This document shows, in pieces, positions 52,521 to 64,000 of a stretch of 64,000 bases of DNA. The DNA comes from Candidatus Westeberhardia cardiocondylae (GTDB taxonomy: Bacteria; Pseudomonadota; Gammaproteobacteria; Enterobacterales; Enterobacteriaceae). The DNA lies in the NCBI GenBank assembly GCA_024648785.1, contig JABYQB010000001.1, positions 54,696 to 118,695 on the forward strand. Reading direction: 5' to 3'. How positions within the stretch are numbered: the first letter of the stretch is position 1; the number at the start of each line of letters is the position of its first letter. A program made the translations under genes and the position numbers. Below the pieces are notes generated by a model that was not told the origin of the DNA, searched no databases, and worked only from the letters and a program-made list of their open reading frames with translations.

Positions 52521-53066
52521 ATGTTAGATATTGTAAAAAAACGTTGGTATGTTATTCAGGTGTTTTCTGGATTTGAGAGTAATGTTATACATTCTCTTCG
52601 TGAAAGAATTAAATTATATGAATTAGAAGATTTGTTTGGTGAGATAATAGTTCCTACAGAATCTGTTGTTGAAGTTAAATTTGGACAACGTAGAAAAAGT
52701 GAAAGAAAATTTTTTCCTGGATATGTTTTAATACAAATGATAGTTAATAATTCTACTTGGTATTTAGTACGAAGTATTCCAAAAATCTTGGGTTTTGTTG
52801 GTGGAACTTCTGATTGCCCAACACCCATCTCTGATAAAGAGATGAAAATAATTCTTGATCGTTTACAAAGAGCTGGTGATAAACCAATACCTAAAAGGTT
52901 ATTTGAACCAGGGGAATTGATTAGAGTTAATGATGGACCTTTTTCTGATTTTCATGGTACTGTTGAAGAGGTTGATTATGACAAGAATCGATTAAAGGTT
53001 TCTGTTTCGATATTTGGCCGTTCTACACCTGTTGAATTGGATTTTGCACAAGTTGAAAAGGGATAA
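52521..53066 (+). CDS. nusG: transcription termination/antitermination factor NusG
   Basis: 181 aa from [48 protein letters not shown] and [20 protein letters not shown] match E. coli NusG. Confidence 0.97.
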   Translation: MLDIVKKRWYVIQVFSGFESNVIHSLRERIKLYELEDLFGEIIVPTESVVEVKFGQRRKSERKFFPGYVLIQMIVNNSTWYLVRSIPKILGFVGGTSDCPTPISDKEMKIILDRLQRAGDKPIPKRLFEPGELIRVNDGPFSDFHGTVEEVDYDKNRLKVSVSIFGRSTPVELDFAQVEKG

Positions 53067-53184
53067 ATTTTTTAAATGATTTTTTATATAAATTTTATGT
53101 GAATTTTATTTAATATATATTTTATTGTTTTTTATTCTTAATATTTTTGTTAAAATATTATTTTTTAGTGTTGGGGGTGTTAGT

Positions 53185-53610
53185 GTGTTGAAAAAAGTTC
53201 AATCTTATATAAAATTGCAAGTTCCTGCTGGTATGGCTAACCCAAGTCCTCCTATTGGTCCTGCTTTAGGTCAGAGAGGTGTAAATATTATGGATTTTTG
53301 TAAAGTATTTAATGAAAAAACGAATAGTATTGAGAAGGGATCTCCAATTTCTGTATTAATTACTGTATATGTTGATAGATCTTTTACGTTTATTTTGAAG
53401 ACACCTCCAGCTTCATTTTTATTAAAAAAAGCAGCTGGTATAAAATCTGGTTCTTGTACACCAAATAAACATGAAGTTGGCGTAGTTACTATGTCTCAGG
53501 TTATTGAAATTGCTAAAATTAAGATGAATGATATGACTGGTTCTGATATACATGCTATGTCTCGTTCTATACAAGGAACTGCTATTTCTATGGGTATTAA
53601 GGTTAAGTGA
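53185..53610 (+). CDS. rplK: 50S ribosomal protein L11
   Basis: (M)[39 protein letters not shown] matches the E. coli L11 start if GTG 53185 is used. GGGGGTG at 53173-53179 lies upstream. There is no in-frame ATG at the homologous position. Confidence 0.95.
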   Translation: MLKKVQSYIKLQVPAGMANPSPPIGPALGQRGVNIMDFCKVFNEKTNSIEKGSPISVLITVYVDRSFTFILKTPPASFLLKKAAGIKSGSCTPNKHEVGVVTMSQVIEIAKIKMNDMTGSDIHAMSRSIQGTAISMGIKVK

Positions 53611-53620
53611 TAAATTTAAT

Positions 53621-54325
53621 ATGAAAAAATTATTAAGTAAAAGAATAAGATCTATTCGTAAAAAAATTAATACTAATAAGTTCTATAATATTTATGATGC
53701 TATATCTATCTTAAAAGAATGTTGTTCTTGTAAATTTATTGAAAGTGTTGAAGTTTCTGTAAATTTAAATATGGATATAAAAAAATCTGAAAAAAGTATT
53801 ATTGGATATTCCGTATTACCGCATGGTATAGGTAGAGATATTATAGTTGCTGTTTTTGCAGATAAGGAAGATGCTTTACTAGCTAAGTCTTGTGGAGCAA
53901 ATTATGTTGGAATGTATGATTTGGCAGATAAAATAAAGACCAAACGTTTTAATTTTGATGTAGTAATTTCTGCCCCATCATCTATGTTTTTAGTAAATAC
54001 TATTGAAAATATTTTAATTTCACGGTGTTTGATGCCAAGTATTAGTTTTGGTACAATATCTTCGGATATTGAAAAATCTGTAAAAATTGCTAAAAGTGGT
54101 CAAATAATTTATAGAAATGATAAATATGGTATTGTTCATTCTGTTATTGGAAAAGTAGATTTTCCAAATGATCATTTAGAAGAAAATTTGAATGTGTTTA
54201 TAGGTTCTTTGAAGAAGTTAAAATATATTCCTTATGGTGTAAATAATTCTTTTATTAAAAAGATAACTTTGTCTACTACTATGGGTGGTGGTATTATGAT
54301 TGATCAATATACTTTGCAAGTGTAA
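53621..54325 (+). CDS. rplA: 50S ribosomal protein L1
   Basis: 234 aa from MKKLLSKRIRSIR. KFIESVEVSVNL, VLPHGIGR, FDVVISAP, YRNDKYGIVHSVIGKVDF and LSTTMGGG match L1. Confidence 0.95.
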   Translation: MKKLLSKRIRSIRKKINTNKFYNIYDAISILKECCSCKFIESVEVSVNLNMDIKKSEKSIIGYSVLPHGIGRDIIVAVFADKEDALLAKSCGANYVGMYDLADKIKTKRFNFDVVISAPSSMFLVNTIENILISRCLMPSISFGTISSDIEKSVKIAKSGQIIYRNDKYGIVHSVIGKVDFPNDHLEENLNVFIGSLKKLKYIPYGVNNSFIKKITLSTTMGGGIMIDQYTLQV

Positions 54326-54584
54326 GTTTTTATAGATGTAAATAATTTTATGTATATTTTGATATTTTGTATTTTTTAATTTTTGATATATTATTTGAAA
54401 GTAATTTAAGTAAATATTGGAATTACATTTAAAAATTTTAATTTTATTTTTTATGTTTATTATTATTTAGTGATTTGATATATTAATTATTATAGTTGTT
54501 TTTAAATATTTTTGTTTTAATTTTATTTTTTATTTTGTGAATTATAAAAAAACTTTTTTAATTTTTGTGGAAATTTAGATTATT

Positions 54585-55085
54585 ATGTTAAGTTCTAGGA
54601 AAAAAAAGGAAATTATTGTATCAGAAATGAAGAATATGGCTATTAGTTCTGTGTCTGTTATTATTGCAAATTTTTCTGGTGTTACGGTAGATGGAATGAA
54701 TAAGTTACGCAAAATAGTTAGAAGTATCCCTGAAGTATATATTAAAGTTGTAAGAAATACTTTAATTCGCCGTTTTATTGAGAATACTAATTTTTCTTGT
54801 TTAAATGATTTTATTTCTGGTCAGATTATAGTTGGATTTTCTTTTAATAATCCAAGTGAAATTGTTCGTGTTTTTTTAGAATATAGTTATATTGATGAAA
54901 AATTTAAAATTTTAGCAGCATCTTTTGAAAATAAAATTATTTTACCTGATAAAATTCCTATGTTGGCAAATTTGCCAACATATAAAGATGGAGTTAGTTT
55001 ATTGTTGTTGATAATAAAAAAAGCGATTTTTGATAAAATTATTCGTATTTTTTTGGTTTTATGTAAAGATAAGATGTCTAGTTAA
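54585..55085 (+). CDS. rplJ: 50S ribosomal protein L10
   Basis: 166 aa. GVTVDGMNKLRK, KVVRNTL and LANLPTY are collinear with E. coli L10. It lies between rplA and rplL. Confidence 0.9.
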   Translation: MLSSRKKKEIIVSEMKNMAISSVSVIIANFSGVTVDGMNKLRKIVRSIPEVYIKVVRNTLIRRFIENTNFSCLNDFISGQIIVGFSFNNPSEIVRVFLEYSYIDEKFKILAASFENKIILPDKIPMLANLPTYKDGVSLLLLIIKKAIFDKIIRIFLVLCKDKMSS

Positions 55086-55186
55086 TGATTTTAAGATATG
55101 TTTTGTTTTTTATTTTTATATAGTATAATAATATTTGGTAAAATTTTAATTTTTTTAAATAATTTATTAAACTTGAGAATTTTAGT

Positions 55187-55561
55187 ATGTTAATTACAAA
55201 GGAACAAATTATACACGCAATTAGTGAAATGTCTGTTATGGATGTTATGGATTTAGTATCTATGATAGAAAAAAAATTTGGTGTTTCTTCTTCATCTGTT
55301 GTTGCTTCTTCGGTGAGTTCTACAGACAATAAAGTTGTTACAGAAGATAAGGTGGATTTTGATGTTGTGTTAAAAAATTTTGGTACTAATAAGGTTTCTG
55401 TAATTAAAATTGTTCGTAATATGATAGGGGTTGGATTAAAAGAAGCAAAAGATTTAGTAGAATCTGCTCCAGTTATTATTAAAAAGAGTACTACTAAAGA
55501 TTTTGCTAATGATTTAAAAAAATCATTAGAAGAAGTTGGAGCTTCTGTGGAATTAAAATAG
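55187..55561 (+). CDS. rplL: 50S ribosomal protein L7/L12
   Basis: 124 aa. [20 protein letters not shown] and [13 protein letters not shown]...VELK match L7/L12. Confidence 0.96.
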   Translation: MLITKEQIIHAISEMSVMDVMDLVSMIEKKFGVSSSSVVASSVSSTDNKVVTEDKVDFDVVLKNFGTNKVSVIKIVRNMIGVGLKEAKDLVESAPVIIKKSTTKDFANDLKKSLEEVGASVELK

Positions 55562-55781
55562 TTTGTATTTTAAACTATTTTAAAGTGTTTTCAAATTTTT
55601 GAATATTGATGTAGTGTTTTTTTTAAAAAATTTATAGTTATATTTTTTATTTTGTTAAAAGTTTAATATTTTTAATGTTTTTATATTTAATAATTGATTT
55701 TTTGAAATTTTAATTTAAGTCTGTATATAAAGTGATTTTTGTATTTTTAAAATATTCATCTTATTTAGTTAAGAGTTATTT

Positions 55782-58700
55782 ATGATTCATTCATATACTG
55801 AAAAAAAACGTATTCGTAAAAATTTTGGAAAACGTCCTAAGGTGTTGAATATTCCATGTTTACTTTCAGTGCAATTGAGTTCTTTTAAGAAATTTATTCA
55901 TAAGGATAAATATGGTAAATGTGGTTTAGAGTCTGTATTGTTTTCTGTATTTCCAATTAAAAGTTATAATGGTTATTGTGAATTACAATATCTTAGTTAT
56001 AAGTTGTGTGATTCTATTTTTGATGTTAAGGAATGTCAGAATCGTGGTATGACTTATTCTTCTTCTTTACGTGTTAAGTTACGTCTTGTTATATATGAAC
56101 GAGAATGTGAAATTGGTGTTATTAAGGATGTTAAGGAACAAGATGTATATATGGGAGAAATTCCTTTAATGACTAGAAATGGTACATTTGTTGTTAATGG
56201 TATTGAGAGAGTTGTTGTGTCTCAATTACATCGTAGTCCTGGTGTTTTTTTTGATAGCGATAAAGGTAAAACACATTCTTCTGGAAAAGTATTGTATAAT
56301 GCTAGAATTATTCCATATCGTGGTTCTTGGTTAGATTTTGAATTTGATCCAAGAGACAATTTGTTTGTTCGTATAGATCGTCGTCGTAAATTGCCAGTTA
56401 CTGTGATGTTGCGTGCTTTGAATTTTGATACTAGTCAAATTTTGAATATGTTTTTTGAAAAGGTGATTTATGAAATATATTCTAATGTATTAAAAATGCG
56501 TTTATTTGCTGATAGGTTTTTGGGTGAGATTGCTGTTTTTGATATTAAGAAACATGGTATTATTTATGTGGAAAAAGGTTGTCGTATTACTTCTACTCAT
56601 ATTGAAAAATTAAAACGTGATAATGTCAAATGGATTGATGTTCCTATTGAATATATTATAGGTAAAGTAGTATCAAGAGATTATATTGATAATAATACAA
56701 ATGAAGTAATTGTTTCTGCTAATACAAGAATGTCTTTAGAATTATTAGAAAAATTGAAGTTATCTGGATATAGTTTTATTGAAACAATATTTACTAACGA
56801 ATCTGATCATGGTGATTATATTTCTGAGACTTTGCGTATTGATTCCACAAAAGATCGTTCTAGCGCATTAATAGATATTTATCGTGTAATTCGCCCTGGT
56901 GAACCACCAACACATGAAGCTGCGGAGAATTTGTTTAAAAAATTGTTTTTTTCTGAAGATCGTTATGATTTATCTATTGTTGGTCGTATGAAATTTAATA
57001 GTTCTTTTTTATATTCAAAAAATGATATGAATCTTACTATTTTAACTAAAGAAGATATTGTTAATGTTATTAAAAGGTTAGTTGATATTCGTAATGGTAA
57101 TAATGAAATTGATGATATAGATCATTTAGGTAATAGAAGAGTTCGTTCAGTAGGTGAAATGGTTGAGAATCAATTTAGATTAGGTTTGTCTCGTATAGAG
57201 AGATCTGTTCGGGAAAGGCTTTCTTTGAGTGATATGGATAATTTAATGCCTCAGGATATGATTAATGCTAAATTAATTTCAGCTCTTTTGAAAGAATTTT
57301 TTAGTTCTAGTCAATTGTCTCAGTTTATGGATCAAAATAATCCATTATCAGAAATTACGCATAAGAGGAGAATTTCAGCATTAGGCCCAGGTGGGTTAAC
57401 TAGAGAAAGAGCTGGGTTTGAAGTTAGGGATGTTCATCCAACTCATTATGGCAGATTGTGTCCTATTGAAACACCAGAAGGACCTAATATTGGATTAATT
57501 AATTCTTTGTCTGTATATGCTAAAACTAATGATTATGGTTTTTTAGAAACTCCGTATCGTCTTGTCTTGAATGGTTTAGTTACTGATACTATTCATTATT
57601 TGTCAGCTAGTGATGAGTCTAATTTTATTATTGCACAGGCAAATACTAATTTTGATAAATATGGATATTTTTTTGATGATTTAATAATTTGTCGTTATAA
57701 AGGTGAGGCACATTTATTTCATTTTAGTAAAGTTAATTATATGGATGTTTCAGCGCAACAAGTTGTTTCAGTTGGGGCTTCTTTGATTCCATTTTTGGAG
57801 CATGATGATGCAAATCGTGCTCTTATGGGAGCTAATATGCAGAGGCAAGCTATTCCAACCTTGTATTCTGATAAACCATTGATTGGAACAGGTATGGAAC
57901 GTGTTGTAGCTATTGACTCTGGTGTTGTAGTTGTTGCTAGGAGAGGTGGTTTTGTTCAATATGTTGATGCATCCCGTATTGTTATATCTGTTAATGAAAA
58001 TGAAATTTGCTTTGGAGAAGCTGGAATTGATGTTTATAATTTGACTAAATATATTAGATCTAATCAAAATACTTGTATTAATCAAAAACCTTGTGTTTCT
58101 TTAAACGAGGAAGTAAGCATAGGTGATGTATTAGCTGATGGTCCGTCAACAGATTTAGGAGAATTAGCTTTGGGGCAAAATATGCGTATAGCATTTATGC
58201 CTTGGAATGGGTATAATTTTGAGGATTCTATTTTGATTTCTGAACGTGTTGTACAGAAAGATCGTTTTACCACCATACATATTCAGGAGTTGATGTGTGT
58301 TGCTAGAGACACGAAATTGGGTTCTGAAGAAATTACATCAGATATTCCAAATGTTGGTGAATCGGCATTGTCTAAACTTGATGAGTCTGGTATTGTTTAC
58401 ATTGGTGCAGAAGTAACAGGTGGTGATATTTTAGTGGGTAAAGTAACACCAAAAGGAGAAACACAGTTGACTCCAGAAGAAAAGTTGTTACGTGCTATTT
58501 TTGGTGAAAAAGCTTCTGATGTTAAAGATTCTTCGTTACGTGTTCCTAATGGTGTTTTTGGAACTGTTATTGATGTGCAAATTTTTACTAGGGATGGTAT
58601 TTCTAAGGATAAGCGTTCTCGTGAAATTGAAGAAATGAATTTTTGTAGGGAAAAAAACGAATTGGATAAAGAATTAAAGATTTTTGAATCTGCTTTTCTT

Positions 58701-59813
58701 AGGAAAATTTATTTTGTTTTATTGGATGATGGTATAGAACAAGAAAAATTAAAAAATTTGTCTTATGAAAAATGTTTGAATTTTAAGTTGTCTGATAAAA
58801 ATAGAAATTGTTACTTTAATAAGTTAGTTAAGGAATATGGTGAACTTTGTAAAGAATATAAAAGAAAGATAGAAGTTAAGCGTAAAAAGATTATTCAAGG
58901 AGATGAATTAGCTCCGGGTATTTTAAAAATTGTAAAGATATATTTAGCTGTTAAGAGACAAATACAGCCTGGGGATAAGATGGCTGGTAGACATGGTAAT
59001 AAGGGTGTTGTATCTAAAATTAATCCAATTGAAGATATGCCATATGATGAGTATGGAGTGCCAGTAGATATTGTATTAAACCCTCTTGGTGTTCCATCAA
59101 GAATGAATATTGGTCAAATTTTAGAAACTCATTTGGGTATGGCTTCTAAAGGAATTGGTAAAAAAATTGGTAATTTATTGAAACATGGAAACAAAATACA
59201 AGAATTAAGGGAATTTATACAGAAATCATATGATTTAGGTGATGGTATATGTCAAAAAGTTGATATTAGTTTGTTATCAGATAAGGAGCTTTTAGAATTA
59301 TCGAAAAATTTAAAAGATGGAATACCAATTGCTACCCCAGTTTTTGATGGTGCTACGGAAAAAGAAATAAAAGAACTTCTTAAGTTGGCTGATTTACCAG
59401 TTTCTGGGCAAATTACTTTGTTTGATGGTCGAACAGGTGAGCCCTTTGAAAGGAAGGTAACTGTAGGTTATATGTATATGTTAAAATTAAATCATTTAGT
59501 TGATGATAAAATGCATGCTCGTTCTACAGGTTCGTATAGTTTAGTAACGCAACAGCCTTTGGGTGGGAAGGCTCAATTTGGGGGTCAACGTTTTGGTGAA
59601 ATGGAGGTTTGGGCTTTAGAGGCATATGGAGCGGCATATGCTCTTCAAGAAATGTTAACTATTAAATCTGATGATGTTAGTGGTCGTACTAAAATGTATA
59701 AAAATATTGTTGATGGTAAATATGTTATGGAACCTGGTATGCCTGAATCTTTCAATGTACTTTTAAAAGAAATCAGGTCTTTAGGTATTAATATTGAGCT
59801 TGAAGAAGATTAA
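55782..59813 (+). CDS. rpoB: DNA-directed RNA polymerase subunit beta
   Basis: 1343 aa (E. coli RpoB is 1342 aa). The start is [15 protein letters not shown]. The Rif region [49 protein letters not shown] is identical to E. coli over this stretch. Confidence 0.99.
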   Translation: MIHSYTEKKRIRKNFGKRPKVLNIPCLLSVQLSSFKKFIHKDKYGKCGLESVLFSVFPIKSYNGYCELQYLSYKLCDSIFDVKECQNRGMTYSSSLRVKLRLVIYERECEIGVIKDVKEQDVYMGEIPLMTRNGTFVVNGIERVVVSQLHRSPGVFFDSDKGKTHSSGKVLYNARIIPYRGSWLDFEFDPRDNLFVRIDRRRKLPVTVMLRALNFDTSQILNMFFEKVIYEIYSNVLKMRLFADRFLGEIAVFDIKKHGIIYVEKGCRITSTHIEKLKRDNVKWIDVPIEYIIGKVVSRDYIDNNTNEVIVSANTRMSLELLEKLKLSGYSFIETIFTNESDHGDYISETLRIDSTKDRSSALIDIYRVIRPGEPPTHEAAENLFKKLFFSEDRYDLSIVGRMKFNSSFLYSKNDMNLTILTKEDIVNVIKRLVDIRNGNNEIDDIDHLGNRRVRSVGEMVENQFRLGLSRIERSVRERLSLSDMDNLMPQDMINAKLISALLKEFFSSSQLSQFMDQNNPLSEITHKRRISALGPGGLTRERAGFEVRDVHPTHYGRLCPIETPEGPNIGLINSLSVYAKTNDYGFLETPYRLVLNGLVTDTIHYLSASDESNFIIAQANTNFDKYGYFFDDLIICRYKGEAHLFHFSKVNYMDVSAQQVVSVGASLIPFLEHDDANRALMGANMQRQAIPTLYSDKPLIGTGMERVVAIDSGVVVVARRGGFVQYVDASRIVISVNENEICFGEAGIDVYNLTKYIRSNQNTCINQKPCVSLNEEVSIGDVLADGPSTDLGELALGQNMRIAFMPWNGYNFEDSILISERVVQKDRFTTIHIQELMCVARDTKLGSEEITSDIPNVGESALSKLDESGIVYIGAEVTGGDILVGKVTPKGETQLTPEEKLLRAIFGEKASDVKDSSLRVPNGVFGTVIDVQIFTRDGISKDKRSREIEEMNFCREKNELDKELKIFESAFLRKIYFVLLDDGIEQEKLKNLSYEKCLNFKLSDKNRNCYFNKLVKEYGELCKEYKRKIEVKRKKIIQGDELAPGILKIVKIYLAVKRQIQPGDKMAGRHGNKGVVSKINPIEDMPYDEYGVPVDIVLNPLGVPSRMNIGQILETHLGMASKGIGKKIGNLLKHGNKIQELREFIQKSYDLGDGICQKVDISLLSDKELLELSKNLKDGIPIATPVFDGATEKEIKELLKLADLPVSGQITLFDGRTGEPFERKVTVGYMYMLKLNHLVDDKMHARSTGSYSLVTQQPLGGKAQFGGQRFGEMEVWALEAYGAAYALQEMLTIKSDDVSGRTKMYKNIVDGKYVMEPGMPESFNVLLKEIRSLGINIELEED

Positions 59814-59924
59814 TAAGTTAAAAATATGTTAGTTTATTTGTATATTATTTAATAATTTAAATGTTATATAATTAATATAATATTTTGTTTTTAATATTTT
59901 TTTTATTATTTAGGATCGTAATTT

Positions 59925-62900
59925 GTGAAGGATTTATTTAATTTTTTAAAAAAACAATCCGATAAAATTGAAGAGTTTGATGCAATAAAAATTGTATTAG
60001 CTTCTCCTGATATGATACGTTCATGGTCTTTTGGAGAGGTTAAGAAGCCTGAGACTATTAATTATAGAACATTTAAACCTGAACGTGATGGTTTGTTTTG
60101 TGCTAGAATTTTTGGACCTGTAAAAGATTATGAATGCTTGTGTGGAAAATACAAAAGATTGAAACATCGTGGTGTAGTTTGTGAAAAATGTGGTGTTGAG
60201 GTAACTCAATCTAAGGTTCGTCGTGAGAGAATGGGTCATATAGAATTAGCGTCTCCTACAGCTCATATTTGGTTTTTAAAGTCTTTACCTTCTCGTATTG
60301 GATTATTATTAGATATGCCGTTGCGTGATATTGAACGTATTTTATATTTTGAATCTTATGTTGTTGTTGAAAATGGAATGACTAATTTAGAATGTTGTCA
60401 ACTTTTGACAGAAGATCAATATTTAGATGCTTTAGAAGAATTTGGAGATGAATTTGATGCTAGAATGGGTGCAGAAGCAATTCAATTTCTTTTAAGAAAA
60501 ATAGATTTAAAAAAAGAGTCTTTGAGGTTATATAAATTGTTAGAAGAAATTAGTTCTGAAAGTAAAAGAAAAAAAATAACTAAACGAATTAAATTATTAG
60601 AATCTTTTATTCATTCTAAAAATGATCCTGAATGGATGATTTTAACTGTTTTGCCTGTTTTACCTCCTGATTTACGTCCTCTTGTTCCATTAGATGGTGG
60701 AAGGTTTGCTACTTCTGATCTTAATGATTTATATCGTAGAGTAATTAATAGAAATAATCGTTTGAAACGTTTATTAGATTTATCAGCCCCGGATATTATA
60801 ATTAGGAATGAAAAAAGAATGTTGCAAGAGGCGGTAGACGCTTTATTGGATAATGGTCGTCGTGGTAAAATTATTACTGGTTCAGGTAAGAGGCCTTTGA
60901 AGTCTTTGGCTGATATGATAAAAGGTAAACAGGGTCGTTTTCGTCAAAATTTATTAGGTAAAAGAGTTGATTATTCTGGAAGGTCAGTTATTACTGTAGG
61001 TCCATATTTACGTTTGAATCAATGTGGTTTACCAAAAAAAATGGGTTTGGAATTATTTAAACCTTTCATTTATGGAAAATTGGAGATGAATGGTTTTGCT
61101 ACAACAATTAAGTCTGCAAAGAAAATGGTAGAGAATGAAGAATCTGTTGTTTGGGATATGTTGGAAGAAGTAATTCATGAGCATCCTGTTATGTTAAATC
61201 GTGCTCCAACTTTGCATCGTTTAGGAATACAGGCTTTTGAACCTATATTAATTGAGGGTAAGGCAATACAATTGCATCCATTAGTTTGTGCGGCATATAA
61301 CGCAGATTTTGATGGGGATCAAATGGCTGTTCATGTTCCATTGACATTGGAGGCTCAGTTGGAAGCGAGAGAACTGATGATGTCAGTGAATAATATTTTA
61401 TCTCCGGCTAATGGAGAACCAATTATTGTTCCTTCTCAAGATATGGTACTTGGTTTATATTATATGACACGTGATCGTGTAGGAAGTAAAGGAGAGGGAA
61501 TGGTGTTAACAGGTCCAAAAGAAGCTGAATGTATATATAGAAATGGAATTGCTGAATTACATGCTCGTGTTAAAGTTCGTATTGATGAGTATACTATGTG
61601 TAGTGATAGAAATTTTGTTAAAGATACTGTTTTGGTTGATACAACTGTTGGTCGTGCTATTTTGTGGATGATAGTTCCAAAAGGTTTGTCATATTCTTTA
61701 ATTAATAAAGTTGTTGGGAAAAAAGCTATTTCTAATATGTTAAATACTTGTTATCGTATTTTAGGGTTAGTAGAGACTGTTCGTTTTGCGGATCAAATTA
61801 TGTATACTGGGTTTGAATACGCTACTCGTTCTGGTTCTTCTGTTGGTATAGATGATATGGTAATTCCAGAAAGTAAAACAAATATAATTAGTGATGCTGA
61901 AAATGAAGTTTCTGAAATTCAAGATCAGTTTCTTTCAGGTTTAGTTACGGATAGTGAGAGATATAATAAGGTTATCGATATATGGTCTAACGCTAATGAT
62001 CGTCTAGCACATGCTATGATGGATAGTATTTCTAATGAAGTTGTTGTTTATAATGACGGAATTAAAAAGAAACAGATGTCTTTTAATAATATTTTTATTA
62101 TGGCTGATTCCGGAGCTCGTGGATCAGCTGCGCAGATTCGTCAACTTGCTGGTATGAGAGGTTTGATGGCTAAGCCTGATGGGTCTATTATAGAAACTCC
62201 AATAACTGCTAATTTTAGAGAAGGTTTGAATGTTTTGCAATATTTTATTTCAACACATGGAGCAAGAAAAGGTTTAGCTGATACTGCATTAAAAACTGCT
62301 AATTCTGGGTATTTAACTAGACGTCTAGTTGATGTTGCGCAAGATCTTGTAGTAACAGAGGATGATTGCGGAACTTCTTCTGGAATTGTAATGCATGCAT
62401 TTATTGAGGGTGGTGAAATAAAAGAATCTTTGTTTGAAAGAGTTTTAGGACGTGTTATTGCAGAAACTGTGTTTAAGCCTGGTACTGTAGAGATTTTGAT
62501 TGATAAGGGTTTGTTATTGAATGAGTATTTGTGTAATATTCTTGAAAAGAATTCTATAGATAGTATTAAAGTACGTTCTGTTGTAACATGTGATTCTGAT
62601 TTTGGTGTTTGTGCTAAATGTTATGGTAGAGATTTAGCAAGAGGTTATTTAGTTAATAAAGGAGAAGCTGTAGGTGTAATAGCTGCTCAATCTATTGGTG
62701 AACCCGGAACACAGTTAACTATGAGAACTTTTCATATTGGTGGAGCTGCTTCTCGTTCTGTTGCTGAGTCTAATATTCAAGTAAAAACTCAAGGTGTATT
62801 GCGTTTAAATAATGCTAAATTTGTTATTAATATTGATAAAAAGTTAGTTATTATTTCTAGAAATGCTGAATTGAAAGTTATTGATATGTATGGTCGTACT

Positions 62901-64000
62901 AAGGAAAGTTATAAATTGCCTTATGGTTCTTTAGTTAATAAAAAAGATGGTTCAAAGATTTTTTCTGGTGAAATTGTTGCTAATTGGGATCCTCATACTA
63001 TACCTGTTGTTTCTGAAGTAGATGGTTATATTCATTTTGTTGATATGGTTGATGGACAAACTGTTGTTAGACAAACTGATGATTTAACAGGTTTGTCTTC
63101 TATTGTTGTTTTAGATATTTTTGATCGTATTAATAAAGATTTGCGTCCTGCATTAAAGATTTTGGATATTTTTGGTAATGCAGTTTTAATTCCAGGTTCT
63201 GATATGCCAGCGAAGTATTTTTTGCCAGGTAAAACAGTTATTCAGTTGGAGAATGGTTCTCATATTAATGTTGGTGATACTTTAGCTCGTGTTCCACAGG
63301 AAATATTTGGAACAAAAGATATTACTGGTGGTTTACCACGTGTTGCAGATTTATTTGAAGCAAGATCTCCTAAAGAGCCAGCTATTTTAGCTGAGATTTC
63401 TGGGGTAGTTTCTTTTGGAAAGGAAACAAAGGGTAAACATCGTTTAGTTATTTGCCCTGTTAATAATAATGAAGAGTCTTATGAAGAAATGATTCCAAAA
63501 TGGAGACAATTAAATGTTTTTGAAGGTGAGTATGTTGATCGTGGTGATGTAATTTCTGACGGGCCGGAATCTCCTCATGATATTCTTCGTTTGCGTGGAG
63601 TTCATTTTGTGACTCATTATATTATTAATGAAGTTCAGGAAGTTTATAGATTACAAGGGGTGAAAATTAATGATAAACATATTGAGGTAATTATTCGTCA
63701 AATGTTACGTAAAGCTACTATTGTTAATCCTGGAGATTCTAGTTTCTTAGAAGGAGAACAGGTAGAATATTCTCATATTAAGATTGAAAATAGGAAGTTG
63801 TCTATTGAAGATAAAGAAAAAATTGAATATACAAGAGATTTATTGGGTATTACAAAAGCTTCTTTATCTACAGAATCATTTGTTTCTGCTGCTTCTTTTC
63901 AAGAAACTACACGTGTATTAACAGAGTCTGCTGTTTCCGGTAAAAGGGATGAGTTGCGTGGTTTAAAAGAAAATGTTATTGTTGGTAGGTTGATACCGGC
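59925..64000 (+). CDS. rpoC: DNA-directed RNA polymerase subunit beta' (3' end outside the window)
   Basis: GTG start at 59925, as in E. coli. (M)[76 protein letters not shown] and the final codons [13 protein letters not shown] match E. coli RpoC. The frame is open to the window edge, which is why it is absent from the track. Confidence 0.98.
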   Translation, partial: MKDLFNFLKKQSDKIEEFDAIKIVLASPDMIRSWSFGEVKKPETINYRTFKPERDGLFCARIFGPVKDYECLCGKYKRLKHRGVVCEKCGVEVTQSKVRRERMGHIELASPTAHIWFLKSLPSRIGLLLDMPLRDIERILYFESYVVVENGMTNLECCQLLTEDQYLDALEEFGDEFDARMGAEAIQFLLRKIDLKKESLRLYKLLEEISSESKRKKITKRIKLLESFIHSKNDPEWMILTVLPVLPPDLRPLVPLDGGRFATSDLNDLYRRVINRNNRLKRLLDLSAPDIIIRNEKRMLQEAVDALLDNGRRGKIITGSGKRPLKSLADMIKGKQGRFRQNLLGKRVDYSGRSVITVGPYLRLNQCGLPKKMGLELFKPFIYGKLEMNGFATTIKSAKKMVENEESVVWDMLEEVIHEHPVMLNRAPTLHRLGIQAFEPILIEGKAIQLHPLVCAAYNADFDGDQMAVHVPLTLEAQLEARELMMSVNNILSPANGEPIIVPSQDMVLGLYYMTRDRVGSKGEGMVLTGPKEAECIYRNGIAELHARVKVRIDEYTMCSDRNFVKDTVLVDTTVGRAILWMIVPKGLSYSLINKVVGKKAISNMLNTCYRILGLVETVRFADQIMYTGFEYATRSGSSVGIDDMVIPESKTNIISDAENEVSEIQDQFLSGLVTDSERYNKVIDIWSNANDRLAHAMMDSISNEVVVYNDGIKKKQMSFNNIFIMADSGARGSAAQIRQLAGMRGLMAKPDGSIIETPITANFREGLNVLQYFISTHGARKGLADTALKTANSGYLTRRLVDVAQDLVVTEDDCGTSSGIVMHAFIEGGEIKESLFERVLGRVIAETVFKPGTVEILIDKGLLLNEYLCNILEKNSIDSIKVRSVVTCDSDFGVCAKCYGRDLARGYLVNKGEAVGVIAAQSIGEPGTQLTMRTFHIGGAASRSVAESNIQVKTQGVLRLNNAKFVINIDKKLVIISRNAELKVIDMYGRTKESYKLPYGSLVNKKDGSKIFSGEIVANWDPHTIPVVSEVDGYIHFVDMVDGQTVVRQTDDLTGLSSIVVLDIFDRINKDLRPALKILDIFGNAVLIPGSDMPAKYFLPGKTVIQLENGSHINVGDTLARVPQEIFGTKDITGGLPRVADLFEARSPKEPAILAEISGVVSFGKETKGKHRLVICPVNNNEESYEEMIPKWRQLNVFEGEYVDRGDVISDGPESPHDILRLRGVHFVTHYIINEVQEVYRLQGVKINDKHIEVIIRQMLRKATIVNPGDSSFLEGEQVEYSHIKIENRKLSIEDKEKIEYTRDLLGITKASLSTESFVSAASFQETTRVLTESAVSGKRDELRGLKENVIVGRLIP

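Noticed and set aside
55078-55329. An 83-aa minus-strand ORF overlapping the rplJ end and the rplL start.
   Set aside because: It is antisense to rplL, and its acidic/Thr-rich start is simply the complement of the Ser/Val-rich L12 hinge. There is no supporting signal.

Overview
This window comes from a highly reduced, extremely AT-rich gammaproteobacterial genome derived from Enterobacterales. It is of the obligate insect-endosymbiont type (Blochmannia/Buchnera/Wigglesworthia-like); I cannot assign the genus by eye. The standard genetic code applies, since UGA is used as a stop. I can support 60 protein-coding genes, 2 tRNA genes, 2 canonical intrinsic terminators and a few regulatory or repeat motifs. 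murA is frameshifted, and murA and rpoC are cut by the window edges. The content is almost purely core housekeeping. In order it runs: murA, degQ, glyQS, tRNA-Glu, hldE, nfuA, aroK-aroB, rpe, trpS, pitA, prlC, rsmD, cca, tsaD, rpsU-dnaG-rpoD and tRNA-Ile2(CAU). Next come the complete S10-spc-alpha ribosomal protein operons (rpsJ to rplQ, with rpmD missing), then groESL and yicC. The window ends with rpsL-rpsG-fusA-tuf joined directly to secE-nusG-rplKAJL-rpoBC. About 19% of the window is non-coding. Most of that lies in a few spacers of 0.3-1.85 kb that are T-rich and nearly free of C on the + strand. I found no transposase, integrase, phage, CRISPR, toxin-antitoxin, restriction, secretion or defence genes, and I do not see a novel multigene system here. 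The points worth a second look are these: (1) a 1-nt frame break in murA exactly at a T_TTT_TTG slippery-type heptamer. (2) A near-consensus sigma32 promoter island about 335 nt upstream of groES. (3) Two short motif families that recur in the spacers. (4) Loss of rpmD, and domain-level erosion in hldE and cca. (5) A single tuf gene fusing the str and secE-rpoBC clusters. (6) A very strong strand compositional asymmetry that reshapes protein composition according to coding strand. All protein calls rest on by-eye alignment to remembered E. coli orthologs. No database search was run.
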